60,865 bases of DNA from Terriglobales bacterium (GTDB taxonomy: Bacteria > Acidobacteriota > Terriglobia > Terriglobales > Acidobacteriaceae), in the NCBI GenBank assembly GCA_049589215.1, contig JBAWAI010000584.1, forward strand, positions 1 through 60,865. The letters are read 5' to 3'. Below, one piece after another: positions 1 to 8,917 of this stretch (positions are counted from its first letter, which is position 1; every line of letters starts with the position of its first letter). The translations under genes were made by a program, and so were the position numbers. Below the pieces are notes generated by a model, which was not told where the DNA came from, did not search any database, and saw nothing but the letters and a program-made list of their open reading frames with translations.

Positions 1-46
1 CGCCGCGCCGATTCTTGTCTGGCGCTAGCTTCTGTGTGCCACTTTT

Positions 47-2170
47 TTATGTGCCACTCTTTCTGCGCGGATGCTTTGCGTGGGTCGTGTGGGTATGCGC
101 GGCGTGAGTGGCATGCGTTGTGTGGGCGTGCGTGGCGCGCGCGCTCTTGGCCTTGCGGCGAGCGGGCTCGCGAATGGATTGAACGCGGCCCTTGCCTTTT
201 GGGTGGGCCGCGGTCGCGTGGTTGGATTTGGTGGAGACCGCGTTCACGCGATGGCGAGGCCGTGCTGCGATCGTGTGAACCGTGTGGGCTGAAGTGCCAG
301 TCGTGGTGGAGCTGCTGGCCCCGCTGGAGGCACTTGTCATGCTGCGGCTGCTCGAGCTTCCTGACGCGGAGCTTCCGGCGGCTGCGGAGGCGGCTATGGT
401 GATGGGCTGGGCTTCCGCTTCGTCATTGCCGAACCAGAACTGGAGTTCGGCGAGGTTGTCTCCCGTCAGGTGGCCGGCTTGCCAGGTGTCATTATCTTCG
501 AGACCGTGCCAGAATTTCGGATCCTGACGATGGGCTTCGACGCTGCTGTTCCAGCGATAGGACTGGAAGGTTGCGATGATGTTGACGGCGTAGGCGGCGG
601 CCAATGGAGCGTTGCCTTCGATGATGACGAGATTGTCATCATTCTTGCTGGATGCCTTGAAGCCGAGATTATGCGATCCCGTCATGATCACCGGGTTGGC
701 TCCGAATGGATCGAGCACAATGACCTTGCTGTGGACGTGAACGCCCGCGCCGAGAAGCTCGGGCACCCATTTTGAATAGTTATTCTTGATGTTGGCCGGG
801 ACCATGACGTCATGGCCGAGACGCACGGGCGGCTCGATTCCGCTGTTGTAGAGCGCGACCGAGTGCGCAGGCGTGGTGGGATCCATACTGGCGGCCGGCG
901 GCTTTTTACCTTTGGCTGGAACGTTGTCTTCGGTGAGATACGGGATTTCCTGGTTGACGACACCCTTGATGTAGAGATTCGGGTTGTAGGTGGCGTTGTT
1001 GTCCTCGTGATGGCGATTGAGAATGTTCTGGAGGAGCGTCCACTTCTCAGGCTCATCGTCGGGTTGGAAGACGCCGGGATTGAAGAACAGGAAGAGGATG
1101 CCGTCTTTGGCGGCGTTGATAAGCTTGCGCGCGTAGTCGAGATCTTCGGCATGCTGGGTGGGAACGAACCAGGGCGTGATTTTGCAGCCATCGACCTGGT
1201 AAATGTTGCACTTGGAGTCGGCGGCGGCGAGGGTTGGAGGATAGGCGCTGCCGGCGGCCTGATAGCGATCCCAGGCGTCGAGGAAATCCTGAGCGACGGC
1301 GGCATCGTCGATGATTAATCCGTTGTTGGCCTGAGTGCAAAGGCCGGTGATGGTCCAGTTGGTGCTGCCGGTAAGGACCTGGAGCGGCTTACGATCGGCG
1401 TCGCAGACGACGACGAATTTATTGTGGGCGAAGTGGCCCTGAGGAACGAGCCGGTCGTAGACGCGGATTTTTGTTTTGAGAGTGGCGCGCACGGCCTTGT
1501 TCTCATCGTTGTCGGGCGGTTTGAAGGCGCCATTGGCGAGGATGAGATTGCAATCTTCGCCAAAGGCCTCGAGGGCGGCAATCAATTCGGGATCGTTGAG
1601 TTCATAAAGGGCGGCGAAGATTTTGCAGTTTTGTTTCTTGGCGTCTTCGAGCAGGGAGAGTATCTCGGGGCGCAACAAGCCGCTGAGTTCGTTGCGCAGA
1701 GGATTGCCGACGGTACCGATGATCTTTTTGATATTGGAACCTTTCGGAACCGTGCTCATGGCGCGCGAGACCCACTGCGCGGCGACGATTCCCTTATTGA
1801 AGTAGGAAGACAGGTGACCAGTGCATTGGCCAGTGATGCTTAGAATCGGCGTGATAGGGCTGGCCAGCTCTTCTTCCAGCGTGAGGTTGGTTTGGTCGGG
1901 CCCGACGACGGGCAGAATGCGATATTGGACGCTGTCGCCGGGCTGGACGCCGTAGTCCCACCACATGAATCGCTGGACCGGAAACTTCCACGGCAGATCG
2001 GCCGTATCTTTATCGGAGAATCCGACGAAGCCGTGGAGATAGTCAGTCTTGCCGGCGAGAGTGCGCTCAATGGCGAAGCCGCGACACCCCGGAATCGGCT
2101 TGCCGTCGGTGGGAATCCAGACCAGACAAGTGTGGTCGCCATTGTCGTAAACCTTCAGGTCGATACTCAT
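47..2170 (-). CDS. Phospholipase D superfamily protein (two HKD motifs) with a long Ser/Thr/His-rich low-complexity C-terminal tail
   Basis: 707-aa ORF. Two HxKxxxxD motifs (HNKFVVVCD followed by GSTNWT; HSKVIVLD followed by GSHNLG). No signal peptide. The last ~120 aa are low complexity. Confidence 0.8.
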   Translation of the reverse strand: MSIDLKVYDNGDHTCLVWIPTDGKPIPGCRGFAIERTLAGKTDYLHGFVGFSDKDTADLPWKFPVQRFMWWDYGVQPGDSVQYRILPVVGPDQTNLTLEEELASPITPILSITGQCTGHLSSYFNKGIVAAQWVSRAMSTVPKGSNIKKIIGTVGNPLRNELSGLLRPEILSLLEDAKKQNCKIFAALYELNDPELIAALEAFGEDCNLILANGAFKPPDNDENKAVRATLKTKIRVYDRLVPQGHFAHNKFVVVCDADRKPLQVLTGSTNWTITGLCTQANNGLIIDDAAVAQDFLDAWDRYQAAGSAYPPTLAAADSKCNIYQVDGCKITPWFVPTQHAEDLDYARKLINAAKDGILFLFFNPGVFQPDDEPEKWTLLQNILNRHHEDNNATYNPNLYIKGVVNQEIPYLTEDNVPAKGKKPPAASMDPTTPAHSVALYNSGIEPPVRLGHDVMVPANIKNNYSKWVPELLGAGVHVHSKVIVLDPFGANPVIMTGSHNLGFKASSKNDDNLVIIEGNAPLAAAYAVNIIATFQSYRWNSSVEAHRQDPKFWHGLEDNDTWQAGHLTGDNLAELQFWFGNDEAEAQPITIAASAAAGSSASGSSSSRSMTSASSGASSSTTTGTSAHTVHTIAARPRHRVNAVSTKSNHATAAHPKGKGRVQSIREPARRKAKSARATHAHTTHATHAAHTHTTHAKHPRRKSGT

Positions 2171-2246
2171 AGAATTTCTCCTGCGGGACCGGTCGGTCTC
2201 CGCCGCAAATGGTTAAGGTTGGACGAGCGCACCAGAAGACGATTGC

Positions 2247-2552
2247 TCACGCCGTCTTCTTGGCCGGCACGGTATGTGGAGCAGTCTTCGTGTGCTTGCT
2301 TCGCTTGAAAATACCCAGCATGTTTTTCAGGTTGACGACCAGATCGATGGCGTTGCTGGTGGCACTCTTGAGCTGAGGAGCGTCAGAATTGGGTGCGGCC
2401 GTGGCCGCGATGTTGACCGCGTCCTGCAGGGCGGTCATGGCAGCGGCTTTCTTTTCATGGGAAGGGCTGGTCTGCAGAGTGTTCTCAACATCATTGACGG
2501 CGCCTACCACCTGGGTAAGCAGAGAAGCGACTTGATCGGTCTTGTCTGGCAT
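2247..2552 (-). CDS. Small hypothetical helical protein (101 aa) upstream of the PLD gene
   Basis: Internal ATG at 2552 is preceded by AAGGAGGA about 6 nt upstream on the minus strand. The longer ORF-track start at 2693 has no such site. No recognisable family. Confidence 0.55.
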   Translation of the reverse strand: MPDKTDQVASLLTQVVGAVNDVENTLQTSPSHEKKAAAMTALQDAVNIAATAAPNSDAPQLKSATSNAIDLVVNLKNMLGIFKRSKHTKTAPHTVPAKKTA

Positions 2553-2735
2553 AAATCCTCCTTGTTTGTGCGCGGCAACCGGTATCGATCGAGGAAGACC
2601 GACGTCGTTATTGCCGCTTTCAAGATGTAAAGCGTGGGTTTGGGGAAAAGCCCGCCACGTGAGACGGGGAAAAGGTGTAGGCGCATTTCCCACCTAGAGA
2701 TTTCGCAGGAGCAATCCGGGATAGGTTGTGCTAAT

Positions 2736-3350
2736 ATGCTCACCCAAGATGAGGCAGTTATGGCCGGGCCAGATGCAGAGATCACACGGCTATTGCATCG
2801 CTGGAAAAACGGCGACCAAGAAGCCGAAGCAAAGTTATTTGAACTGGTATTGCCTCAGCTGCGCCTGCTGGCCGCACGCTACCTGCGCCGGGAGCGGAGC
2901 GGGCACACCCTTCAGCCCACCGCTCTAGTCAACGAGGCGTTTCTTCGACTGGCCGCCGCCAAGAGCGTAGATTGGCGGGATCGCGGGCATTTTCTGGCTC
3001 TGGCCGCGAGAGTAATGCGCCGTTACCTGATCGACCATGCGCGCGCTCGTCCCGATGTGCATTTTCTGGCCCTGGAAGGTATTCCCGAATATGTATTGAG
3101 TAACCGCACCAAGCTGGAGTTAGTGGTGGCGGTGGATGAGTTACTCAATGAAATGGCGAAGGAGTTTCCACAACGGCGCTCAGTGGTGGAGCTTAAGTTC
3201 TTTCTCGGCTTGACAGATGAAGAAGCAGCAGATGCGCTAAGCCTGAGCCTGCATACCTTTCAGCGGGAGTGGTACCGGGCGCGCCGGTGGCTTTTTGAGC
3301 GATTGAGTACAAAGAAATGGAACGGAGTGTCGAAGGCGATCGGGGCTTGA
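2736..3350 (+). CDS. ECF-type RNA polymerase sigma factor of the kinase-associated class (TIGR02999-like, ECF43-like from memory)
   Basis: N-terminal signature ITRLLHRWKNGDQEAEAKLFELV...HTLQPTALVNEAFLRL and a region-4 HTH (LGLTDEEAADALSLSLHTFQREW). Start taken at ATG 2736 (MLTQDE); the upstream ORF extension looks non-coding. Confidence 0.85.
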   Translation: MLTQDEAVMAGPDAEITRLLHRWKNGDQEAEAKLFELVLPQLRLLAARYLRRERSGHTLQPTALVNEAFLRLAAAKSVDWRDRGHFLALAARVMRRYLIDHARARPDVHFLALEGIPEYVLSNRTKLELVVAVDELLNEMAKEFPQRRSVVELKFFLGLTDEEAADALSLSLHTFQREWYRARRWLFERLSTKKWNGVSKAIGA

Positions 3351-5998
3351 TGGAGCTGGTTGCGGCTGCGCTGCAACAACCGGCTGAGTTGCGCGAATCC
3401 TACCTATGCGACGCCTGCGGGGACAATACACAACTACTCCAGGACGCCACTGACCTGCTCAGGGGCGAAGAAGAGATGGGGTCTTTCCTGCTGCATCCCG
3501 CGATTGCATTTCAGGAATATCCACGCCCATTTCAATCGGGACAGACGGTGCTGGAACGCTTTGAGGTCACGCGCGAGATCGGGGAAGGCGGAATGGGGAT
3601 CGTGTATGAGGCCTTCGACCGGAAGGTGCACAAGCGGATTGCGATCAAGGCAGCAAAGCCGGGGTTTCAAACGCGACTGTCGCCGGAGATCGAAAGCGCG
3701 CTGGAGGTGACGCATCCGAATATTTGCCGGGTCAACGAAATCTACACCGCGCAGACGGAGCACGGCGAAGTTGATTTTCTGACGATGGAGTTTCTGGACG
3801 GGAATACGCTGACCTCTTATCTGGGAAGCGACGCGAAAATTCCGGAGGCGGAAGCGTTTGAAATTGCGCGCCAGCTTTGCGAGGGACTTGCGGAGGCGCA
3901 TCGCCGGGGCATTGTGCATCGCGATCTGAAGACCGGAAATGTAATCGTCTGCCGGAACCGCAAGAATGGACTGCGCGCGGTGATCACCGATTTTGGGCTG
4001 GCGGGAGCGGACACTCAGCCGTGCGAACTAGGCGGCACGCCAAGATACATCGCGCCGGAATTGTGGACCGGCGGGCAGGCGTCGAAGGCATCGGATATCT
4101 ATGCGCTTGGGATTATTCTTTGCGACATACTTACGCGCACGTCGCACGATTCGCAGCCGCTCAATGATTTTGCCAGCAAGCTTTCTTCGGGCTTCGCGCC
4201 CGAGGCGGACGATTCCGGTCCGAAGACATTATTAAAGGGAGTGCACGGGCGGTGGGCGCGGACGATTCTGCGTTGTGTCGATCCGCTACCGGAGCGGCGA
4301 CCGGCGGACGTGAGTGAAGTGATGGCGGGGCTGAAACCGCCGTCGCGATTGAGGCTGGTGCCTCTTTCGGTTGTGGTTGTGGCGCTGGCGGCGATGGCGT
4401 TCCCTGGTGTTCGCGGGCGAGTGCATGATGAGTTCTGGCCACCGCCAAGTGTGCGGCTGGTGGTGCTGCCCGCATCGGTTTCGGCGGGAATGAGGGTTGA
4501 CTCGGGCGGTGCTTTGCAGGACGCCTCAGACCGGATCTCGCATTTGACGGCGGAACGGCGCACGGTGGCGGTAATTCCGCCGTCGAAGGCGCGGGAGATG
4601 CAGATCCGAACTCCGGAACAAGCGCAGCAGCGCGTACACGCCACACACGCGCTAGAAACGACGATGCGCCAGGACGGCGACGATTGGGTAGTGACCGGCG
4701 CGGTCATCGATTTGCAGACGCAGAACCACCTGCGGGATTTTTCCGCGCGCTACTCGAAGACGACACTGGGAGCTTTGCCGGAAGCGCTGGCCGGCGAAGT
4801 ATCGAACGCACTCGACCTGCGCGGCAAACCGAGCGAAGTTATTTCGCCGGCGGCGACGGAATCTTACGATCGCGGACTTTATTATCTTCGCCCTGAATCG
4901 CGGAACGTGGATGAGGCGATCCGCGGATTTGAAGAAGCGAGCCGCCTTGATCCGCGGTCGGCGTTGCCGTTGGCCGGACTGGTGGAGGCCGAACTCGACA
5001 AGTTCGATGAGACGGGTGCGCCGGAGCATATGAAGCAGGCGGAAGCAAACCTGCAACTGGCGGAGAACCTTGATCCGGATGCGGTGAGCGTGCATCTGGC
5101 GTCGGGCTTATTTAACGAAGCCCGAGGACAAAACGCCCAAGCTATCGACCAGTACGAGCGGGTGGCTAACCTTGAGCCGCGGAATGTGTATGCTTTGATC
5201 CGGATTGCGGGCGTGTACGACAAAGAGAATATGCCGGAGCGGGCGATTACTACTTACCGGCAGGCGGTGAAACTGGATCCATCGTTTTACGATCCGCACG
5301 AATATTTCGGTGTGTTTTATTTTCATCGCGGCCGATATGAGGAGGCGGCGGAAGAGTTTCAGCGGGTGATCGACCTGGCGCCCGGAGTGTATAACGCATA
5401 CACGAATCTGGGAGCGTCGCTGGAAAAGTTGGGGAGGGTCGACGATGCGGTTAAAACGTTGCAGAGTTCGCTGGCGCTACGAGAGACGCCGCGAGCGCTG
5501 AACAATATGGGCGATCTCTTGTTTTCCAACACCCGGTTTGCGGAGGCGCTGACTTATTTGCAGCGGGCATCGGCGCTTACGCCGAACGATTACGTGATTT
5601 TGCTCAACCTCGGAGATACGAACCGTCATCTGGGAAACATGAAAGAGGCAAAAGCGGATTATCGAAAGGCGAAGACTTTCGCGTTGGCGGAATTGAATCA
5701 GAATCCGAGGAGTGGGTATCCACGGGCGGTGGTAGCTTACTCGTCGGCGCGCTTAGGAGATAAAAAGCGAGCCGAAGATGAGATTGGGCAGGCACTGCGA
5801 ACGGCTCCCGAGGACAATACGGTGATTCATCGCGCGGTGCTGACCTATGAAGTGCTGGGCTTGCGGGCGGAAGGGCTGACGGTGCTGAATGGGGCGACGC
5901 CCGACCTGCTGCGCAGCCTGGAAAAAGACCCCGACCTGGCGGACTTTCGCCAGGATTTACGCTTTAGACAGTTAGTGGGAAGAAATTCAACGCAGTAA
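3350..5998 (+). CDS. Hanks-type Ser/Thr protein kinase with one TM helix and a C-terminal TPR domain
   Basis: GEGGMGIVYEA, AIK, HRDLKTGN, DFG and GTPRYIAPE motifs. TM segment LVPLSVVVVALAAMAFPGV. TPR-like repeats in the C-terminal half. ATG 3350 shares its A with the sigma-factor TGA (TGATG); the alternative in-frame start is 3317. Confidence 0.9.
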   Translation: MELVAAALQQPAELRESYLCDACGDNTQLLQDATDLLRGEEEMGSFLLHPAIAFQEYPRPFQSGQTVLERFEVTREIGEGGMGIVYEAFDRKVHKRIAIKAAKPGFQTRLSPEIESALEVTHPNICRVNEIYTAQTEHGEVDFLTMEFLDGNTLTSYLGSDAKIPEAEAFEIARQLCEGLAEAHRRGIVHRDLKTGNVIVCRNRKNGLRAVITDFGLAGADTQPCELGGTPRYIAPELWTGGQASKASDIYALGIILCDILTRTSHDSQPLNDFASKLSSGFAPEADDSGPKTLLKGVHGRWARTILRCVDPLPERRPADVSEVMAGLKPPSRLRLVPLSVVVVALAAMAFPGVRGRVHDEFWPPPSVRLVVLPASVSAGMRVDSGGALQDASDRISHLTAERRTVAVIPPSKAREMQIRTPEQAQQRVHATHALETTMRQDGDDWVVTGAVIDLQTQNHLRDFSARYSKTTLGALPEALAGEVSNALDLRGKPSEVISPAATESYDRGLYYLRPESRNVDEAIRGFEEASRLDPRSALPLAGLVEAELDKFDETGAPEHMKQAEANLQLAENLDPDAVSVHLASGLFNEARGQNAQAIDQYERVANLEPRNVYALIRIAGVYDKENMPERAITTYRQAVKLDPSFYDPHEYFGVFYFHRGRYEEAAEEFQRVIDLAPGVYNAYTNLGASLEKLGRVDDAVKTLQSSLALRETPRALNNMGDLLFSNTRFAEALTYLQRASALTPNDYVILLNLGDTNRHLGNMKEAKADYRKAKTFALAELNQNPRSGYPRAVVAYSSARLGDKKRAEDEIGQALRTAPEDNTVIHRAVLTYEVLGLRAEGLTVLNGATPDLLRSLEKDPDLADFRQDLRFRQLVGRNSTQ

Positions 5999-6031
5999 AG
6001 CGTCACCACATTGAACCTAGGAGAGAAGACA

Positions 6032-6187
6032 ATGGCAGACAAGACAAAAGCGCACGGTCAGACGGATCCGATCGTGAAGCCAAATAACACGCAGCAGGCA
6101 AAACCTCTGACCGACCCGATCGTCAAGCCGAACAACCCTTCGGGAGCAACGGCGCAGACGCAGACAGATCCCATTGTTAAGCCGTAG
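6032..6187 (+). CDS. Unannotated 51-aa ORF encoding three TDPIVKP(NN) repeats
   Basis: GGAGAG lies 6 nt upstream of ATG 6032. Product is MADKTKAHGQTDPIVKPNNTQQAKPLTDPIVKPNNPSGATAQTQTDPIVKP. The three repeat copies differ only at synonymous codon positions. It falls below the 60-aa ORF-track cutoff. Confidence 0.6.
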   Translation: MADKTKAHGQTDPIVKPNNTQQAKPLTDPIVKPNNPSGATAQTQTDPIVKP

Positions 6188-6228
6188 GTAGATCGCGCGC
6201 GAGAACCCAGGGACAATTTACTTCGGCT

Positions 6229-6253
6229 TGCGCCTGGCAGGTTGCCGGGCGCA
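6229..6253. terminator. GC-rich hairpin between the convergent sORF and hypB (possible bidirectional terminator, no U-tract)
   Basis: TGCGCCTGGC-aggtt-GCCGGGCGCA forms a 10-bp stem including one G-U pair. Confidence 0.3.
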
Positions 6254-6374
6254 GGGTCGAAGTGTGTCCGGCGGCAGCCCCCAGCGGCCGGGCCGTCACG
6301 ATTTTCGCGGTGCTTATCGAGACCGGTGGAACTCGTGCCTTTCCCGGTTACTCAACCTCAGTTGTTTCATGGCC

Positions 6375-7073
6375 TTAGATCGCGGCTGGCTCGTGTAGCT
6401 CTTGCAGTCGAGCGGCTAAGAACTTTAAATACTCTTCCATTCCTTCGCCGGTTTTTGCGGATAGTTTGAATACCGGCATGCCCGGACGAACGGCCTGGAT
6501 ATTTTTGTATGCGGTGTCCCAGTCGAATTCGACCGCGCCGGCTAAGTCGATTTTGGTGACGATGGCGATGTCGGCGCTGTTGAAGATGGTTGGGTACTTC
6601 AGCGGTTTGTCTTCGCCTTCGGTTACTGAAATGAGAACGAACCGGAGGTCTTCGCCTAAGTCGTACGACGATGGACAGACCAGGTTCCCGACGTTTTCGA
6701 TAAAGAGGAAATCGAGTTGGTTGAGATCCCACCGATCTCCTTGTTCTGCGGCGAGCGCGCTGTCGATCATGGCGGCTTCGAGGTGGCAGAGGGTGCCGGT
6801 GGTGATCTGCTTTACTGGGGCCTGGCTGCGCGCTAAACGTTGAGCGTCATTTTCTGTGGCTAGATCGCCAACCAGAGCGGCTACTCGAAAGTTCGGCCGC
6901 AGCAGGGTGAGAGTTTTTTCGAGGAATGCAGTCTTGCCAGAGCCGGGGCTGGAGACGAGGCTGACCACAAAAACTCCAGCGGCGTGAAAGCGATCGCGCA
7001 GGCCTCGGGCTATCACGTCATTTTGCTTGAGAACATTTTTGCGGACTTCGATCAAACGGGGTTCGGGGCGCAT
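6375..7073 (-). CDS. hypB: Hydrogenase nickel-incorporation GTPase HypB
   Basis: P-loop SSPGSGKT and HypB-like overall sequence. ATG 7073 is preceded by GGAGATAGAGGA. It overlaps the hypA 3' end by 22 nt. There is no His-rich or CxxCGC N-terminus. Confidence 0.9.
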   Translation of the reverse strand: MRPEPRLIEVRKNVLKQNDVIARGLRDRFHAAGVFVVSLVSSPGSGKTAFLEKTLTLLRPNFRVAALVGDLATENDAQRLARSQAPVKQITTGTLCHLEAAMIDSALAAEQGDRWDLNQLDFLFIENVGNLVCPSSYDLGEDLRFVLISVTEGEDKPLKYPTIFNSADIAIVTKIDLAGAVEFDWDTAYKNIQAVRPGMPVFKLSAKTGEGMEEYLKFLAARLQELHEPAAI

Positions 7074-7414
7074 TCCTCTATCTCCAAAGCGAACACTTCG
7101 AGTTCTTTGCCCTGCACGATTTGAGAGCAGGGAGTATTGCATTCCGAGCAACAAAATAACTGCAACGAGCTAAGCGGGCGCTGGGCCTGACATTTGGGGC
7201 AAAAGATCACTACCGGGATTACTTCGATGATTAGGCGCGAACCTTGCAGCGGAGTGTTTTCGCACGCCATTTCGTAACAGGAGAGTAAGGCTTCTTTGAC
7301 GACCCCGGAGAGGGCTCCTAGTTTGAGATGAACGGCGGTAATTTGCCCGCCGCGGCGATCGAGTTCTTCCTCGGCGAGTTCCACGATGCTCATCGCGATG
7401 GATAATTCGTGCAA
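7052..7414 (-). CDS. hypA: Hydrogenase nickel insertion protein HypA (TTG start)
   Basis: N-terminal MHELSI (the MHE nickel motif) fixes the TTG start at 7414. GGAGAG lies 5 nt upstream. Zinc site CPKC...CSEC. Confidence 0.9.
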   Translation of the reverse strand: MHELSIAMSIVELAEEELDRRGGQITAVHLKLGALSGVVKEALLSCYEMACENTPLQGSRLIIEVIPVVIFCPKCQAQRPLSSLQLFCCSECNTPCSQIVQGKELEVFALEIEECAPNPV

Positions 7415-7455
7415 TTGGACTCTCCGGGATTAAGGACCCTTGGTTACTCGACGCG

Positions 7456-7689
7456 TTAGTCGTTTACTATGCAGCCGTGACCTTGCCAACCTACCTGGAT
7501 TACTTTGCCATCTTCCACGAGGATGGGCACGGTGCGCTGGCCGCCCGAAATCTCTCGCATGCGAAGGCGGGCCCCCGGATCGGCTTCGACGTCATATTCC
7601 ACGAACTCGCTGCGCTTCCACTCGAGCCAGTCGCGCATTTCGCCGGTGTGAGGGCAACGGGCGGTCCCGAAGAGTTCGAGCTTAGGCAC
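7456..7689 (-). CDS. Glutaredoxin-like small thiol protein (single-Cys CPHT motif)
   Basis: 77 aa with a thioredoxin-fold pattern (LFGTARCPHT...TVPILVEDGKV). GTG start has GAGGA 8 nt upstream. It overlaps the SIS gene stop by 8 nt. Confidence 0.7.
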   Translation of the reverse strand: MPKLELFGTARCPHTGEMRDWLEWKRSEFVEYDVEADPGARLRMREISGGQRTVPILVEDGKVIQVGWQGHGCIVND

Positions 7690-8917
7690 GGGTGGAATCC
7701 TCGTGGTTCAACACCTCCAGCGATTCGCGGATGACGTGGTAGATCGAGGCCTGGACTTCCTGAATGCGGGGGATGTAGTCGCAGTTGACGACGATCGGAA
7801 AGTCGGCGAGGGCTTTACGCTTGATCTCGCCACCGTCGTAGCCGAGTAAGGCGATGGTCAACTGGCCGCGCTTGCGGGCCTCTTCGAGGGCCATGATGAT
7901 GTTGCGCGAGCCGCCGCTGGTGGAGATGCCGATGGCGATATCTTCGGGGCGAGCCTGCGCGATCAACTGACGCAGAAAAATTGCGTCGGTGCCGATGTCG
8001 TTGGCAACGGCCGTGATGTTGGCGGGCTCGAGGGAAAGCGAAACGGCGGGGATGGATCGATAGCCTGAGGGTGGGAGCACGCAATCGATGGCGAAATCGT
8101 TGGCGTCGGTGGCGGAGCCTCCATTGCCGAAGACGATGATTTTGCCGCCGAGGCGCAGCCGCTCGTGAATAGCGAGCGTGGCGGCGCTAATCTGTTCGGC
8201 TTCTTCACGAGCCACCTGCTCGCGAAGGCGAGTGTCATCGCGGACCTTCATCAGGATGGATGAGGCGACTTCGGCCGCCAGGTGCGTGGTTCCCTGCTTT
8301 GTCGTGCCGAGGAACGGATAGAGAAAGCCGGATTCGCCGACGTCGTGGCCGAGTTCGCGGTGTTCGAAAAATACGTGCACGGTTTCCCAGAGCGTGTGAT
8401 AGAGGATCTCGGTGAGTTCCTGGTGCATGAACGGGTCTTGCGTGGCCGCATCGGCCGCGTAGTCGCCTTCGAATCCGGGAAGAGCGAAGGTCATCGCGCC
8501 CCGGCTGCGGGCCTCCTGAAGCGTTGCCCAGACTTCGGGATCACCTTCGGGCGGCCCGAATCCCATGACGATGTCTTCGGGGCGGAGGATGGCTTCGATC
8601 CACGGGCGAAAGAGAACGGAGAGATCGAGCGCGGGGAGAGCTCGCTTGCCAACGATTACGGGATGAACGAACTCGACGGAAACATGTTGCGCGTCAGTGG
8701 TATAAGGACCGCGGCCAAAGGCGAGCAGACGGCCGCCGCGGAGAAAACGCTCGGACATTTCGCGGCAGGCCTCGGCGAGACGCGGCGCCTCACGCCCGAA
8801 GAAATGCTCGTAGAGCTGGTTGCGCTCGAGGAGACGCCCTTCGACGTGGCTGGCGAGTTTATAGACCGTTGCCATAGTGTTCGTCACGTGTTCGTCCGGC
8901 GATCTTGCGGCTAGCAA
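7682..8917 (-). CDS. Fused double SIS-domain (GmhA/phosphoheptose-isomerase-like) protein
   Basis: The C-terminal half has the canonical GNGGSATDANDFAIDC. The N-terminal half has a degenerate FGRGPYTTDAQHVSVEF at the equivalent position. Start is uncertain (TTG 8917 overlapping hypE, or ATG 8875). Confidence 0.75.
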   Translation of the reverse strand: MLAARSPDEHVTNTMATVYKLASHVEGRLLERNQLYEHFFGREAPRLAEACREMSERFLRGGRLLAFGRGPYTTDAQHVSVEFVHPVIVGKRALPALDLSVLFRPWIEAILRPEDIVMGFGPPEGDPEVWATLQEARSRGAMTFALPGFEGDYAADAATQDPFMHQELTEILYHTLWETVHVFFEHRELGHDVGESGFLYPFLGTTKQGTTHLAAEVASSILMKVRDDTRLREQVAREEAEQISAATLAIHERLRLGGKIIVFGNGGSATDANDFAIDCVLPPSGYRSIPAVSLSLEPANITAVANDIGTDAIFLRQLIAQARPEDIAIGISTSGGSRNIIMALEEARKRGQLTIALLGYDGGEIKRKALADFPIVVNCDYIPRIQEVQASIYHVIRESLEVLNHEDSTRA

